From the NCBI GenBank assembly GCA_002269645.1, contig NIVC01003202.1, forward strand, positions 1 to 64,000: DNA of 64,000 nt, given 5' to 3'. The stretch is from Macrostomum lignano. Lineage: Eukaryota. The translations under genes were made by a program, and so were the position numbers. Below the pieces are notes generated by a model that had not been told where the DNA came from, did no database searches, and worked only from the letters and a program-made list of their open reading frames with translations. Every line of letters starts with the position of its first letter. Within the stretch, counting starts at the first letter, position 1. Below, one piece after another: positions 22,162-33,487 of this stretch.

Positions 22162-24798
22162 TAGGGGGCGACCGGGACGGCCAAAGTCGGGCCCGGGTCG
22201 GGCCCGGGAATGAGGACTCGGGCCCGGGTCGGGCCTCGGGAATTCGGGACAAGATCTTTAGGACAGCTCAATAATTGGAAAAAAATCATAATAAATCTTA
22301 ATACTTTTAGCATATGCGGATTACTATTAAATATATAATAAATATATCAATATATTAAATTTAATATAATATATTAAATGTATAATAAATATATGATAAA
22401 CATTAAATATATTATAATATATAAATATATTAAATATATAATAATATATAAATATAATAAATATAATATATTATATTAAATATAATAAATATTTAAATTT
22501 AAATATAATAAATATACAATAAATATTATTATTATTTAATACATTAGTTAAGACTTCAGAATAAGATAAGAGTTACATTAAAAGACTTAATACTCAAATA
22601 TCAATATACTCAATAGTTCAAATTCAATGTCACTGTGTGAGTGTGTGGCACAAGTACTGTGTGTGTGCCAGTGACAGTGATACTAACAAGCAGTGAGGTA
22701 GGCAAGCAGTCACTGCGGCAGTGCGGCTGGCACTGGCAGTGGCAGTAAGCAAAAGAAGAAAAGCTGAAGCATTAAGTGTAAGGCACTTGGCATTGGAAGC
22801 AGTAAGGAAGTAAGAACCAAATCAATTGATTGATTCTTTTATTTGAATTTTTAGTTCCTTTACATAGCTTCAATGTAAAGAGCCATGTACACAGTCAGTA
22901 TTCAGTAAGACAACAAGACAAGATAACAGAACAGAACACAAGTGAAGTGACAACACAACACAACACTCAACTGTCTCAACAGAACAGGCAAACAGACAAT
23001 GGAAATACAAGTAATTAGCTGATACCTGCCTACCTGCTCACCTACCTACTTAAACGAATATGATTACGAATACGATACTACAAGTCTACGACTACGACTA
23101 CCTACGATACAAATATGAACACGATTACAAACTCTAATAGATAGCAAACTTCTTGGAAAAATGGTAGCCTTCTTGGAATGTAAATAGGAAATGTTATTTA
23201 CAAAAGCTTAAAAATGACAAATAAACTTTTTAAAGAATCATATTTTTGCTTTTAGGCTGCAGCCTGCAGCGTGTAAAGTGGAATCAATATTGCAAAAAAA
23301 GTATTGCAAAACTATGTTTTAATTTTATCTTCCTGGAAAAAAATCCGATCTTCCTGGAAAGTGGAAACTGGCTGTGGCTGACGCTCACGGTCACAGACGC
23401 TCACGCTAAGAGCCTACTACGAATCAATGATATTGCTACTTCACATCATATCATCTAAATATACTAAATCTATTACTATTTGCCATTTGCCTTGCCTTAA
23501 TTTATCAATAAAGTCCTTGCTTGCACAATTACATTGCCATTTTGTGTAATTTTACGAATAATTTTTTAGTCAAATCAAAGTTTTACGCAATTGTCATTTG
23601 AGGAATTGACTCATTCATTTAGTCATTTGTCTTTTGCACGTGAACGTGTCATCAATCATAAGTCATGACTTATGCAACTCTGGTCTGTCTGCTGTAGCCT
23701 GTAGCTCATAGGCGTCATAGCTGTAATTTTTAGCACTCCGTCTGTAGTCCGTCACTTATGGAGTCACGATCACGACTCACGAGTCACTACACAATCACGA
23801 GTCACCGTCACGGTCAAAACAAAACTCGCGAATCACGAATCAGTCACAAGTCACGACTCACGCCTCAGACACGATACGACTCCACTCCACGAGCCCAGAA
23901 AGTTCAAAGTCCAGTCCAGTCCACCCTCGGGCCTCGGCCTCCACTCAACTTCTCTTCTCCACTCCAGGAGTCCAGACGAAACGAAAGTGATAAAAAAGGA
24001 AAAAGTCAAAACTCAGAAGTCAGTAATCTTTTACGATGTCAATTTCAATAAATCGGTATCAGATATGATATCACTATCAGTCTATCAGTATTACATATAT
24101 ATATATACATATATCTATATTGTATGTATATTGTATGATATGTATCATCAATTTTGAACAGTATGTAATTTTATTGTCATACATGTACACTCAAAAATTC
24201 GAATCTGACTGTTTAGTTAAGTGAGTGGGTTACTTGACTCAAGCTCGAGTGGGAGTCAGGACTCAGGACAGGAGTCCAGCTGTCCAAGACTCAGGACGGT
24301 GACGGAACGGGAACGGGAGTCGGCATCGGCACTCGGACTTGGCAGCCTGGACCTGGACTGGACATCGGGAATCGGGATGGGAGCAGCACCAGACATCACT
24401 GAACTTCACGGACAGCCGGGGCAGGGCAGACAGGCTTGAGCTTGACTGACACCAGTCACCAGTGACAGTGAGTGACCGACAGCTTCATAGAATCACAGAC
24501 CGCTCACAGTCAGGTCAGGTGAGGTCGAGGTGAGGTCAGTGACCGACCAGAGACAAAGATGCCTCATGCAGTCATGCCTTGCAGTTGCAGTTGCATTTTC
24601 CTGGGGCTGGAATTAAGGGTAAATTAGTGTGAATGTGTTGAAAAATAATTTTTTCTTATTCGCACGCGGTTAGTGCCTTTAGGGAAAAAGACTTGTCCCG
24701 ATTTCCCGACTTTTTTAGGGTCGGGCCCGGGCCCGGGTCGGGCCACGATTTTGGTCGGGATTCCCGACTTTTCGGGCCCGGGACTGGGTCGCCCCCTA
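22162..24798. mobile_element. Non-autonomous hAT-type element, 2637 bp
   Basis: 12-bp TIR TAGGGGGCGACC at both ends, exact 8-bp TSD CTGTTATG (22154-22161 and 24799-24806), subterminal CCCGGGTCGGGCCCGGG repeats, no transposase ORF. Confidence 0.88.
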
Positions 24799-25119
24799 CT
24801 GTTATGCGAACGTGGGTGCAAAAGGTATCTCATATCTGCATTTTAATAGCTCGTATACGTAGCTCATATAATATCATGCATAATGATGGGGATGATGGGA
24901 TGATGATGAATTACGGAGGCAGAAGTGCACTGAGTCACACATACATGCAGTGACTAGCTGCTTGCTCTGTAAGTACGACGCAATGAACCCCCCCCCATCC
25001 CAAATTTGAGCCTAAAACAAAGTGTAATATCTGGCAAGAAATGTGCACGGTGATTCTTAAATATGCTCCAGGGCTATATTGGGTGCAGCAACTAAGTAAG
25101 TGTGGATTTTTTGGCTTTT

Positions 25120-25686
25120 TTAACTCGTCATGATCTGAAATGGCAATAAGGTACGGGTGGCATGGATAGATGACAACATGTGTTTTGCTTCCTCCTTTAT
25201 CTCCTTTGCTGCCTTTCTCTTCTGAGCTGGCCGATCAACTGGATCGCACGTGCGCGGAGCAAGGGCTTCTATGGTTCCATCAGCACGGCGGACTGCGGAG
25301 CCATGACAGTGCAGTGATAAACGCTTAGTGCAGCAATAGTACATGTTGCCATTTTGCCGCGTTTTTTCATCCATCAGATAGCCAAGGTCTCGTTGGGCAT
25401 ACTGCACTAGAAGGTCTTTTCCGTGACTGAATCATGCACCTGTAAGAATCTCAAAGGGCTGGGGAGGTGGGCTGCGTGGCAGTGCAAGCTCTTCTGGAGG
25501 AATTTGAATGGATTCTTCCAGAGCTGGATCAGGGTCATTGAAATCTGGATACTGGTAAAGAAAATTTTCTGCTTGTGCCGGAATCAAATGCACTGGTTCT
25601 GGATTTTCAGCAGGCAGAGGAACAGCCGCTGGTCCAGAATTCGGGGCTTGTACATGTACCACTGCAGCATCTGCAGCTTGAGACAC
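25120..25686 (-). pseudogene. FLYWCH-type zinc-finger ORF (MULE transposase N-terminus-like), interrupted by one in-frame TGA
   Basis: ORFs 25432-25686 and 25120-25407 share a frame: FEILTGA*FSHGKDLLVQYAQRDLGYLMDEKTRQNGNMYYCCTKRLSLHCHGSAV...TC then AKEIKEEA. This resembles FLYWCH (G..L...GY.Y...YW.C....C.a). Confidence 0.6.
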
Positions 25687-26864
25687 TGCTAAGTTACCTG
25701 CAGGAGCCCGTCTATTGCATTAATTGCAAAGCCAGAAAAACTCACCGACATTTCTAATTGTAGAATACTGATCGATTGTGACGTGACTATCACATGCATG
25801 GTGCTCCCAATTCAAGCATTGAGAACACTCAATTGCTTCTTGTCCATCGCAAACTGGCTGCAGACAGACCACACATGGATATGCGCCTGCCATTTTGTAT
25901 CTAAGTGTTTAGACTGCTGTCAGTGAATGAGACAGATGAATTTTGAATAGGGCATGAAATTTACCCAGTTTTTATCCCTTTAAACAAGTAAATTAGTCTT
26001 GACCAATAAGAGAAATGGAAAAAAGCTACACCAGATTTTATATGAAGAAGAGATTTGTTTAATGCGAAATACGTTTACACCTCTTAGGGCCCTACTATAA
26101 GTAGGAAATTAAGACTCGTAACCATTTTTGTCTTTAGCCCTGAAATATGCTAATAAAATTTTGACTGCCTGTCTAAACCCCCCATTGCAACCCCACATCT
26201 CCCCACCCGAAGCTATCCAATAGTAAACCAGCTGTCATTTTCCGTGACCCCCACCCCAGCTGTGGCCATCTTGGTGTGTGGCCATCTTGGTCTTACACCC
26301 TATTAAGATGGTATACATTTTATGCCCCCTTTCAATCTGTCTATGCTTTAAAAGGCTTTGAGGCTTTTAGAAAATAAAGTATGAAAAAATCAAGTTTATA
26401 GAACATGGATTTGGCTTGATTCCCACAAACTCAGAGGGGCAAATTTGACATTTGGTCTGGGCATATTTTATGCCAAAGATATATGCCTATAATCAGCCTA
26501 TTGGTTAAGGTATGCTAAAGAAAATATAGGCCCTATGTATGTATCAAGGTTAGATATTAAATAGGCCCACTATATGCTTTTAGCAATGACTATAACTAGA
26601 CATTTATATATAAGTTTAATCATTGCAATCCATAGCTTTACCACTTATCTGTATGGTAGTTTTTCTAAGAAAGCAAAATGATAAATGTTGTTTATATTTA
26701 CAATTGCTTTAATAACAATTTATCTAAAATGAATTCATTAAACTATAAATCAGCATTACTTACAAGTAATGGCCCGTAGGCCATATGTTGCCCATAAAGC
26801 CTCTCTATCTAGCCCTTGGGTCCATTGAAACTTCACAATAGCAATCTGACCCATTCAACGTTTT

Positions 26865-27335
26865 GTTTCTTCTTTCCTCTCTTTCCTTTCCACCTTCTCC
26901 CCTGCCTTTTTTTTCTATTCCCTTTCCCCTAGTCCTAGGTTCTCTTTTCTTCTCTTTCTCCTCTTTCTCTTTTTTCTCTTCTCTCTTTCCTTTCTCCTTT
27001 TCCCTCTTTCCCCTTTATCTCCTATCTCCTATCTTTCTTTTTCTTCCTCTCTCCTCTCTCCCCTTAATCTTCTATCTCCCGTCTCTTTCTCTCTCCTCTC
27101 TTCTCTCCGCTCTCTTCTTTCTCCTCTCATTCCTCTTCCCTCTTTTCTCCCCCTCTCTTCTCTCCCCTTTCTTCTTTCATCCCTCCCTTTTTTTCTTATC
27201 TTGTCTTGTTTCTTATCTTTTCTATTCCCTCTTCTTTCCTTTCTTCTCTCCCCTCTCTCTTCTCTTATCTCTCCCCTTTTTTCTCATCTTGTCTTGTTTC
27301 TTATCTCTTCTATTCCCTCTTCTTTCCTCTCTTAT
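26865..27335. repeat. CT-rich polypyrimidine tract, followed by ATCTGGCCC...AAAAAGTTTGC like the tract ending at ~20185-20310 (possible hAT relic end)
   Basis: Direct reading; the downstream motifs are shared between the two tracts. Confidence 0.8.
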
Positions 27336-28149
27336 CTGGCCCAAAGCCATGAACTAGATTCTTCATCTCACCCTTGAGTTAAAAAAGTTTGCTGACCTGG
27401 GTTTAACCTATTGCTTATTAGTAAGTCTTATTTATAGTTAAGAAGAATAGTTAAAAACTACATTTATCTTAACTACCCTAACTATATAACTTATATATAG
27501 CATTGAAAATCTCTTTTGCTTAAGTCTATCCCTAGGGACTTGAGAGATTTTCTGATAAAACAAAAAACTGGCAATATTCATTCATTTCTATTGTTTTATC
27601 TTTTCTTTTCCTATTGAATCAAGGGCTCCAATGATCTTCTTTACCTATTTAAAAAGAAAGAAGGATAATTCAGTTGGATAATAGACATGTCAGCTAGATA
27701 TTAGTGTGTTATTCTTTTAGTGAATAAAAGTCTAGCTACTTGATTAGATATATTAGATGTGAGACAAAGTTTAAAATATTCAGATAAAGTTTTTGTATAA
27801 TCTAATTTTCTATCCTGATAATGCAGATAGATATATGGTTGGAATCTAAATGTATATCATAAACATAAACCAGGACTTTTATCCAGACAATAAAAATCCA
27901 GACAATTAGATGGAAGAATATTCTGTACAACAATCTTAGATATTGCTATATATCCTATTAATTAGGCTAGAAATGCCCCCCTATTTGTCTTGCCAAAATG
28001 GCCAAAATTTTTTGCCTAATTCTAACAAAAAGAATAAACAATTAAAAAGCAATAGATTAATGAAGGCTTATTTCATAAGCAAAAATTTATTTTCACCATT
28101 TCACTTTCTCAAAACCGAACCTCATCAGATACAATAATATATTGACCCT

Positions 28150-29792
28150 CTTTTTTCTCTATCAAATTGAATCATTTTTCTCAATAAAAGTCAATCTTCT
28201 CTACAAAACCCAAGATGATGCAATTCAACCCAAGTCCACACTGCCCAATTCAGCATCTTTGCCAGTCAACTCTACCAGGGACCCATATATTGGGTCAATC
28301 AACAATGCTGGGTACGCAAAAGCAACTTTGCACTTCTCTGGCTTCAGCTGATGTTGCTGCCCATCAGCATCCTCTGCGTCGACTATCTTCTGATGCCACC
28401 TGGCCTTAGTTGCTTCGTTTTATTGTTCAAACCTCAGGTGACTTGGTTTGGAAGATTTCATCCTCTCGACATTGTACACGAGGAGCACTACATCAACCCT
28501 TAGATTTAGACAAAATTCGTCCAGAGTATGTAAACTTGAGGAATTTGGCAGAATGTGCTAAATGACAGTAACCTTCGCCGCTCAAACTTCTTTGCGGCTT
28601 TCTTTTGTATGTTCATGTCCAACTGAAAAAGTCTTGCTGGGTTAACAGGAATCTTTTAACGTTTTCGTCAATTTCTCGTCGATCCGTCTCAGTAACAAAG
28701 TATTAGCGCAAAAGCTAGATTGCCGTCCACCAATGACATGAGCGATGAGCCCCTCGCTCTGTATGCTTTCATCAGCGGGAGCAGGCTGCTGCAGGATACC
28801 CTGCATCGTCTGATGCAGCGCATCGGTTTGCTCTGCGTTCATGCCACCACGCAGGTACACACGAGATGGTGCTAGCAAACTCGTGGAGTCACGATCCTGC
28901 TCGCAGTCATCGGGTACCACTGCTCACTACACGCATCAGTTCCTCAGCGATTTGGCACAACTGATAGCAGCACAACTGAATTCGCTGGATCACTTCGCCT
29001 ACCTGGCCACGCAAACTTGCACTGCAGTCCGTTAGCAGATTTTCCTTTTCTGCGCAGGCACCGCAGTCTTTCATCTGAGCTAGTTGGTCGTTAGCTGCAG
29101 CCAATTGATGACGAACATCGCGCAGTTCGTTACCTTAGAGTTTAGTGCATGTAAGTTGAAAAATATGGACACGAGTTTATTGCAGCTCACAGCTTATGTA
29201 CGCAGATTGGATTCAGAAATAATGTCATACTTACGCAGAGAGTCCTTGACTTCTGACTGTTTATGAATTTTCTGCAGCATATTCGTGCAGGACGGGCACT
29301 TCAGCACCACCAAAGCATCCAGGGGAAGCTTCGCCATATGCACGACCTCTTGAGCCGCAGCTGACGTCGTCCCATACGGCCCTTTCCAGACTATACCGAA
29401 GTAGTGCGTCCCAGACCGCTTATTCTGCGCCGTCACCACAATCCTACCGGCGTTGTGGCCCAACAGTCAACAGACCGTCGTCTGCGTGTACACCAATGAT
29501 GTCCCTCTCGTGGACTGCACCGTATGTGATTCCTTGATTGGCGTGGGGGTCATATTTATTAGCCCAGTGTCTGTTCTGCTAGTCATACATAGCACAATAT
29601 TCAACTGGCAATTTCCCAATTTTATTCTTCTTAATGGTCAAAGCGGATTGAGTATCGAGTTCAGGTGCATTGGACCAGGCAGCATAGGCAATTTCGTCCA
29701 GTTCAGCAAAACTGGTGGTGAGGCCCTGAATTTGTTTGAGGAGCTGATAAATATTGTGGCCATAGACATTCCAGGTAAGAGCGGCAAGTCCT
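28150..29792 (-). pseudogene. Decayed protein-coding region of unknown family (~1.6 kb, several stops and frameshifts)
   Basis: Consecutive protein-like segments: TWNVYGHNIYQLLKQIQGL...YDPHANQGITYGAVHERDIIGVHADDGLLTV / GHNAGRIVVTAQNKRSGTHYFGIVWKGPYG...LKCPSC / DCGACAEKENLLTDCSASL / PSRVYLRGGMN. More GC-rich than the flanks. Confidence 0.5.
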
Positions 29793-29834
29793 TAGAATTA
29801 AGGTACCGACAAAGCAAATCGAGATATGATTGAA

Positions 29835-31000
29835 CGAGAGTTGGCAGCAGACTGATGGCGGGCCGCGCACACAGATGGAATGTTGTCCGCACGACAGCAC
29901 GGGGCAGCAAGCTGGAGAGCAGCAGACCGCAGAGGGTCGGATAGTGCACCTTGTTGAAAGCCTTTCGTAAGTCAAGGACGATGAGTGGACTGCGATGCGC
30001 AGAGTTTTGAATGTTGGGCCCGTTACTGATGAGCCGTTAAGCCGGGACGGGAGTGGAAGCGCTTCTTGAAAAATAGGCAGGACGAGCTTCTCAATGAGCC
30101 TAATAGCGGCCGCAAGCGACAGGATGGAAATGGGTCGGTAGGAATTGCCCAGAGTCGGGTCTTTCCCGGCTTTAGGCAAGGGAATGACCTTGGCCGCGGT
30201 CCAACTCGAGGGAAAAATGTAAGTGTGGATTCAGAAGTTGAGCAACATGCAAAGAAAAGTGATCCTTCGGGGGCAAAGGTGCTTGAGCATAGCCGGGCAG
30301 AGGCCATCAGGGCCAAAGGCCTTGGAGGTGGCAGTACTTTTTATGGCTATAGAAACTTCCTCGACAGTGAAAATGGGAGTGTTCATAGATTTGGCACTTG
30401 TGACTTATCTAACGGTCTCAAAGAGTTTTAGGGTATTTTGGTCTCATTAAGCAAGACACGGAAGCGATTGGCGATCTTTTATGTTCCAGGCAGATCCGTC
30501 CATCAAAATTGATTCCGACTGAGGACTGCTTGGGCTGTTTGCTGGCAAGACTCCAGATTGTGTGTCACAATTCTGTGGGGTTTTCCCGGATGTTGAGCTT
30601 AGAGAGCTTGTCGATCCAGATGTTGCCTATGCGCAAATTGAAGGCATTAGATGATGCTTTGGAGCTCAGCAATGGGAGGTGCTGTCGGATTTGTGGAGTG
30701 CATGCAGTCTCTTTTGTTGCATAGGGTGGTTATTTTGGGGTTGACCAAAAGTTTGACCAAAAGACACAGCCAGAAAGAATATAGTGACAAGCAGCCAACA
30801 GGATGCTCTCTCTGAGGACTTTCTCCTCAGCATGAGCATGGTGAGGCAGGTTGCAATTTGCAAATTTTCTTCAATTTCAGTTGTGAAAGCCAGCCAATCG
30901 GCCTTTTCGAAAGTTAGTGAAGGACTTGTGGCTAGGTTTCGTGACAGGGGCTGCAGTCGAGAGGGAGATGATGATGGACAGATGATCTGAACTCAGCGCC
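29835..31000 (-). mobile_element. Decayed non-LTR retrotransposon (LINE) ORF2 fragment: end of APE endonuclease, linker, N-terminal half of RT
   Basis: SSDHLSIIISL, TNFRKADW, FTVEEVSIAIKSTATSKAFGPDGLCPAMLKHL, PKAGKDPTLGNSYRPISILS, IVLDLRKAFNKVHY. Truncated before the YADD motif; multiple frameshifts. Confidence 0.88.
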
Positions 31001-32121
31001 AGGACAGTGAACTGAGCACCAGGATAGTGGACCACTCGCAGGATGGCAAGATGTCAAGGCAGGCCAAGCTGCTGGAATTGTGCGTCAGTGTCCTAAAGTC
31101 TAGCCAATGAGGCAAATGAAATGAAAACAGTAAGGCAAAATGCTCTTATTTCAATACGCTGGCTATGTAGTCACGATTGAAGCATTTCAGTGCAAATTTA
31201 ATTCACAATACATCATGACAATAGTTGCTTTGCTTATTGGGATCAATAAAATGTATTAGCATTGGTGCAAGTGTGCTTGCAAGTAGACAAAGATGAATAT
31301 AACAAAAAATATTTATACTTAAAGCAGATAATTTGGTGTAAAAACGAGTAAATATCCAAAGTAAAAATTGGGATACAATCATTCAGATTAGAGACTGTAT
31401 CCCAACTATCAGATGTACTTTCAGTGGGATATACCTTGGACAGCTACAAGTACGGATAAGATACAATATCAGGGTGATTTTTACCTTATCCAGTTATATA
31501 CACACAAGCAACACATTTGCATCCAGATAAGCCATATCTGACTGATTTATCCTTCTACATTTTTAAGCTAGTAGATCTCAGTAATTGAATGGCCAATATT
31601 ACTAGATATGAAAAATATGCATTCCTGTAACCATATTTAGATCTGTATGTTATCTAAAAACCTCCATATCTGCAACTATGGCGGAACTTTAATATTTTCA
31701 TTAGGGATCTCTTGCTAGCATTAAAATTTATCAGTATATATTTTAATCTAATAAATTGAAAAAGTTCCACAAAGTTATGACTTAATGATTTATTGTAGAT
31801 ATAAAATGGGATCCTAATCCCAAAATCGTGAGTTCCTGATCTTGTCTGATCCTAAACATTATTCTGAATATGATTCAAGTTTGTGAATATCAAACATTAT
31901 AAGCTTGGCATTCTTTGTTGGATTATGTTCCTCAGTCATGGATCAGTACTTATTTAATAATTAAGCTACCCTAGCAACCAATCAAAAGTTATTCTGATTG
32001 TTAAATGCAAGCTGATGATACTTTGGCTATACGAGTATTTGACAACAGAATATCAACTTACCAGCAAGACAGACATCATAAAATACATCAGAGTTGTACA
32101 CGGAAGCAATTCAATTTCCAG

Positions 32122-32361
32122 GACGAAAAATCTAAATCTGGCGCAGGGTCGCGGCCGCAGGCGGCTCAACAGTCGGACTGGAAAAGTCGGATGAAATCGC
32201 GCGCATTGTCCGCATTTTTGCGCTACCCTCGCGCTTACGTTATTGGCAGCGCAGTTACATTTAGCGTGTTCGTCGTATACGGCCCGTTGACATTTGCGGT
32301 GCTGACTGAAACTTGGCGGGAGATCAAACAGTTTCAGAAAACTGTTGGCCCGAATAATTGA
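32122..32361 (+). CDS. Probable terminal exon (or 56-aa ORF from ATG ~32191) of a small single-pass membrane protein
   Basis: Acceptor TTTCCAG at 32115-32121, GC-rich ORF MKSRALSAFLRYPRAYVIGSAVTFSVFVVYGPLTFAVLTETWREIKQFQKTVGPNN* with one hydrophobic segment. Confidence 0.45.
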   Translation, partial: DEKSKSGAGSRPQAAQQSDWKSRMKSRALSAFLRYPRAYVIGSAVTFSVFVVYGPLTFAVLTETWREIKQFQKTVGPNN

Positions 32362-32479
32362 AGCTTATAGTTGATTTGTTTTCATTCTAGTGTGTTGCTT
32401 TAAAAAATTGCCCCTTTGCTAACTTGTAAGATGCCTGATCTATTTTGGTACACAAATTATAGGATTTTCTATCTATCCT

Positions 32480-32820
32480 ATTGCTTTTCTGGCTTTTAGA
32501 TCTATTAGATTCCATAGATTGGTTTGGTTTAGATCTATTGGATTCCATAGATTGGTTTGGTTTAGATCTATTGGGATTTGGGAGCCATAGATTGGTACGG
32601 TTAAGATCTATTGAGAGCCATAGATTGGTACGGTTTAGATCTATTGGGAGCCATAGATTGGTACGGTTAAGATCTATTGAGAGCCATAGATTGGTACGGT
32701 TTAGATCTATTGGGAACCATAAATTAGTACGGTTTGGATCTATTAGGAGCCATAGATTGGTACGGTTTAGATCTATTGGGAGCCATAGATTGGTACGGTT
32801 TAGATCTATTGGGAGCCAAA
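32480..32820. repeat. Minisatellite, ~32-33-nt unit (AGCCATAGATTGGTACGGTTTAGATCTATTGGG)
   Basis: About 9-10 tandem copies. Confidence 0.9.
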
Positions 32821-33487
32821 GGCTCATAAATCACGCTGCCATCAAACCAGGCATCACCTTAACACAATGAATGCACAACGTGCGTGATGTCACTTTATTG
32901 GGCCTTATTTAATTGCGGTGTGATTGAGCCTTGAGATATTATTATTAGTAGTAGGTTCAGTAGAATTGTAAGATTTCCAACCTCTTGAACAAGATTGTAT
33001 GCTTCATTTTGCGACCTAAAATTCTACTATCGTTTAAAGCAATCATTAATGATTTGTACTTTAAGCTCTGCAGTGATTAGAGTTCTCATCAAATAAAGGA
33101 CAGTGCTGGTTCTGCACAAATTATTGTCTTAGTTATCGCATTTGTGCTGCTTTCCACAGTTAAACTTTCGTGTTAGCGCTGCTTTATTTGTTTTTTTGTT
33201 TTGTTCCGTTAGGGGTCATTGTGTGCGAAGGCAAATCAAGAATGATAACGGAGGGGTTGATGATGAGTGAGGGTTGATAATCGGTGAGGGTTGATGATGA
33301 GTGAGGGTTGATAATCGGTGAGGGTTGATGATAGATAAGTTAAGAGTTTGATGGAGGAGAAACTAACAATCGCATATTATATTCGGTGGCATTCGAGTAC
33401 CCAGAAGCACACAGATACTGAAATATATTTTACTGTGCCAATGAGACCACTGCGCAGGAGGTTATGGTTAGTCGCGCGCCATTGCAG

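Larger units (their letters stand above)
19255..26300 (-). mobile_element. ~7.0-kb DNA transposon with ~45-bp imperfect TIRs, probably MULE-related, decayed, with a nested hAT insertion
   Basis: Left end GGGCGCATGACCAAGATGACCACACACACACCAAGATGGCCACAGC. Reverse complement of right end GGGTGTAAGACCAAGATGGCCACACACCAAGATGGCCACAGC. TATTAA on both flanks (19249-19254 and 26301-26306). Internal FLYWCH-like ORF reads inward from the right TIR. Confidence 0.65.
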
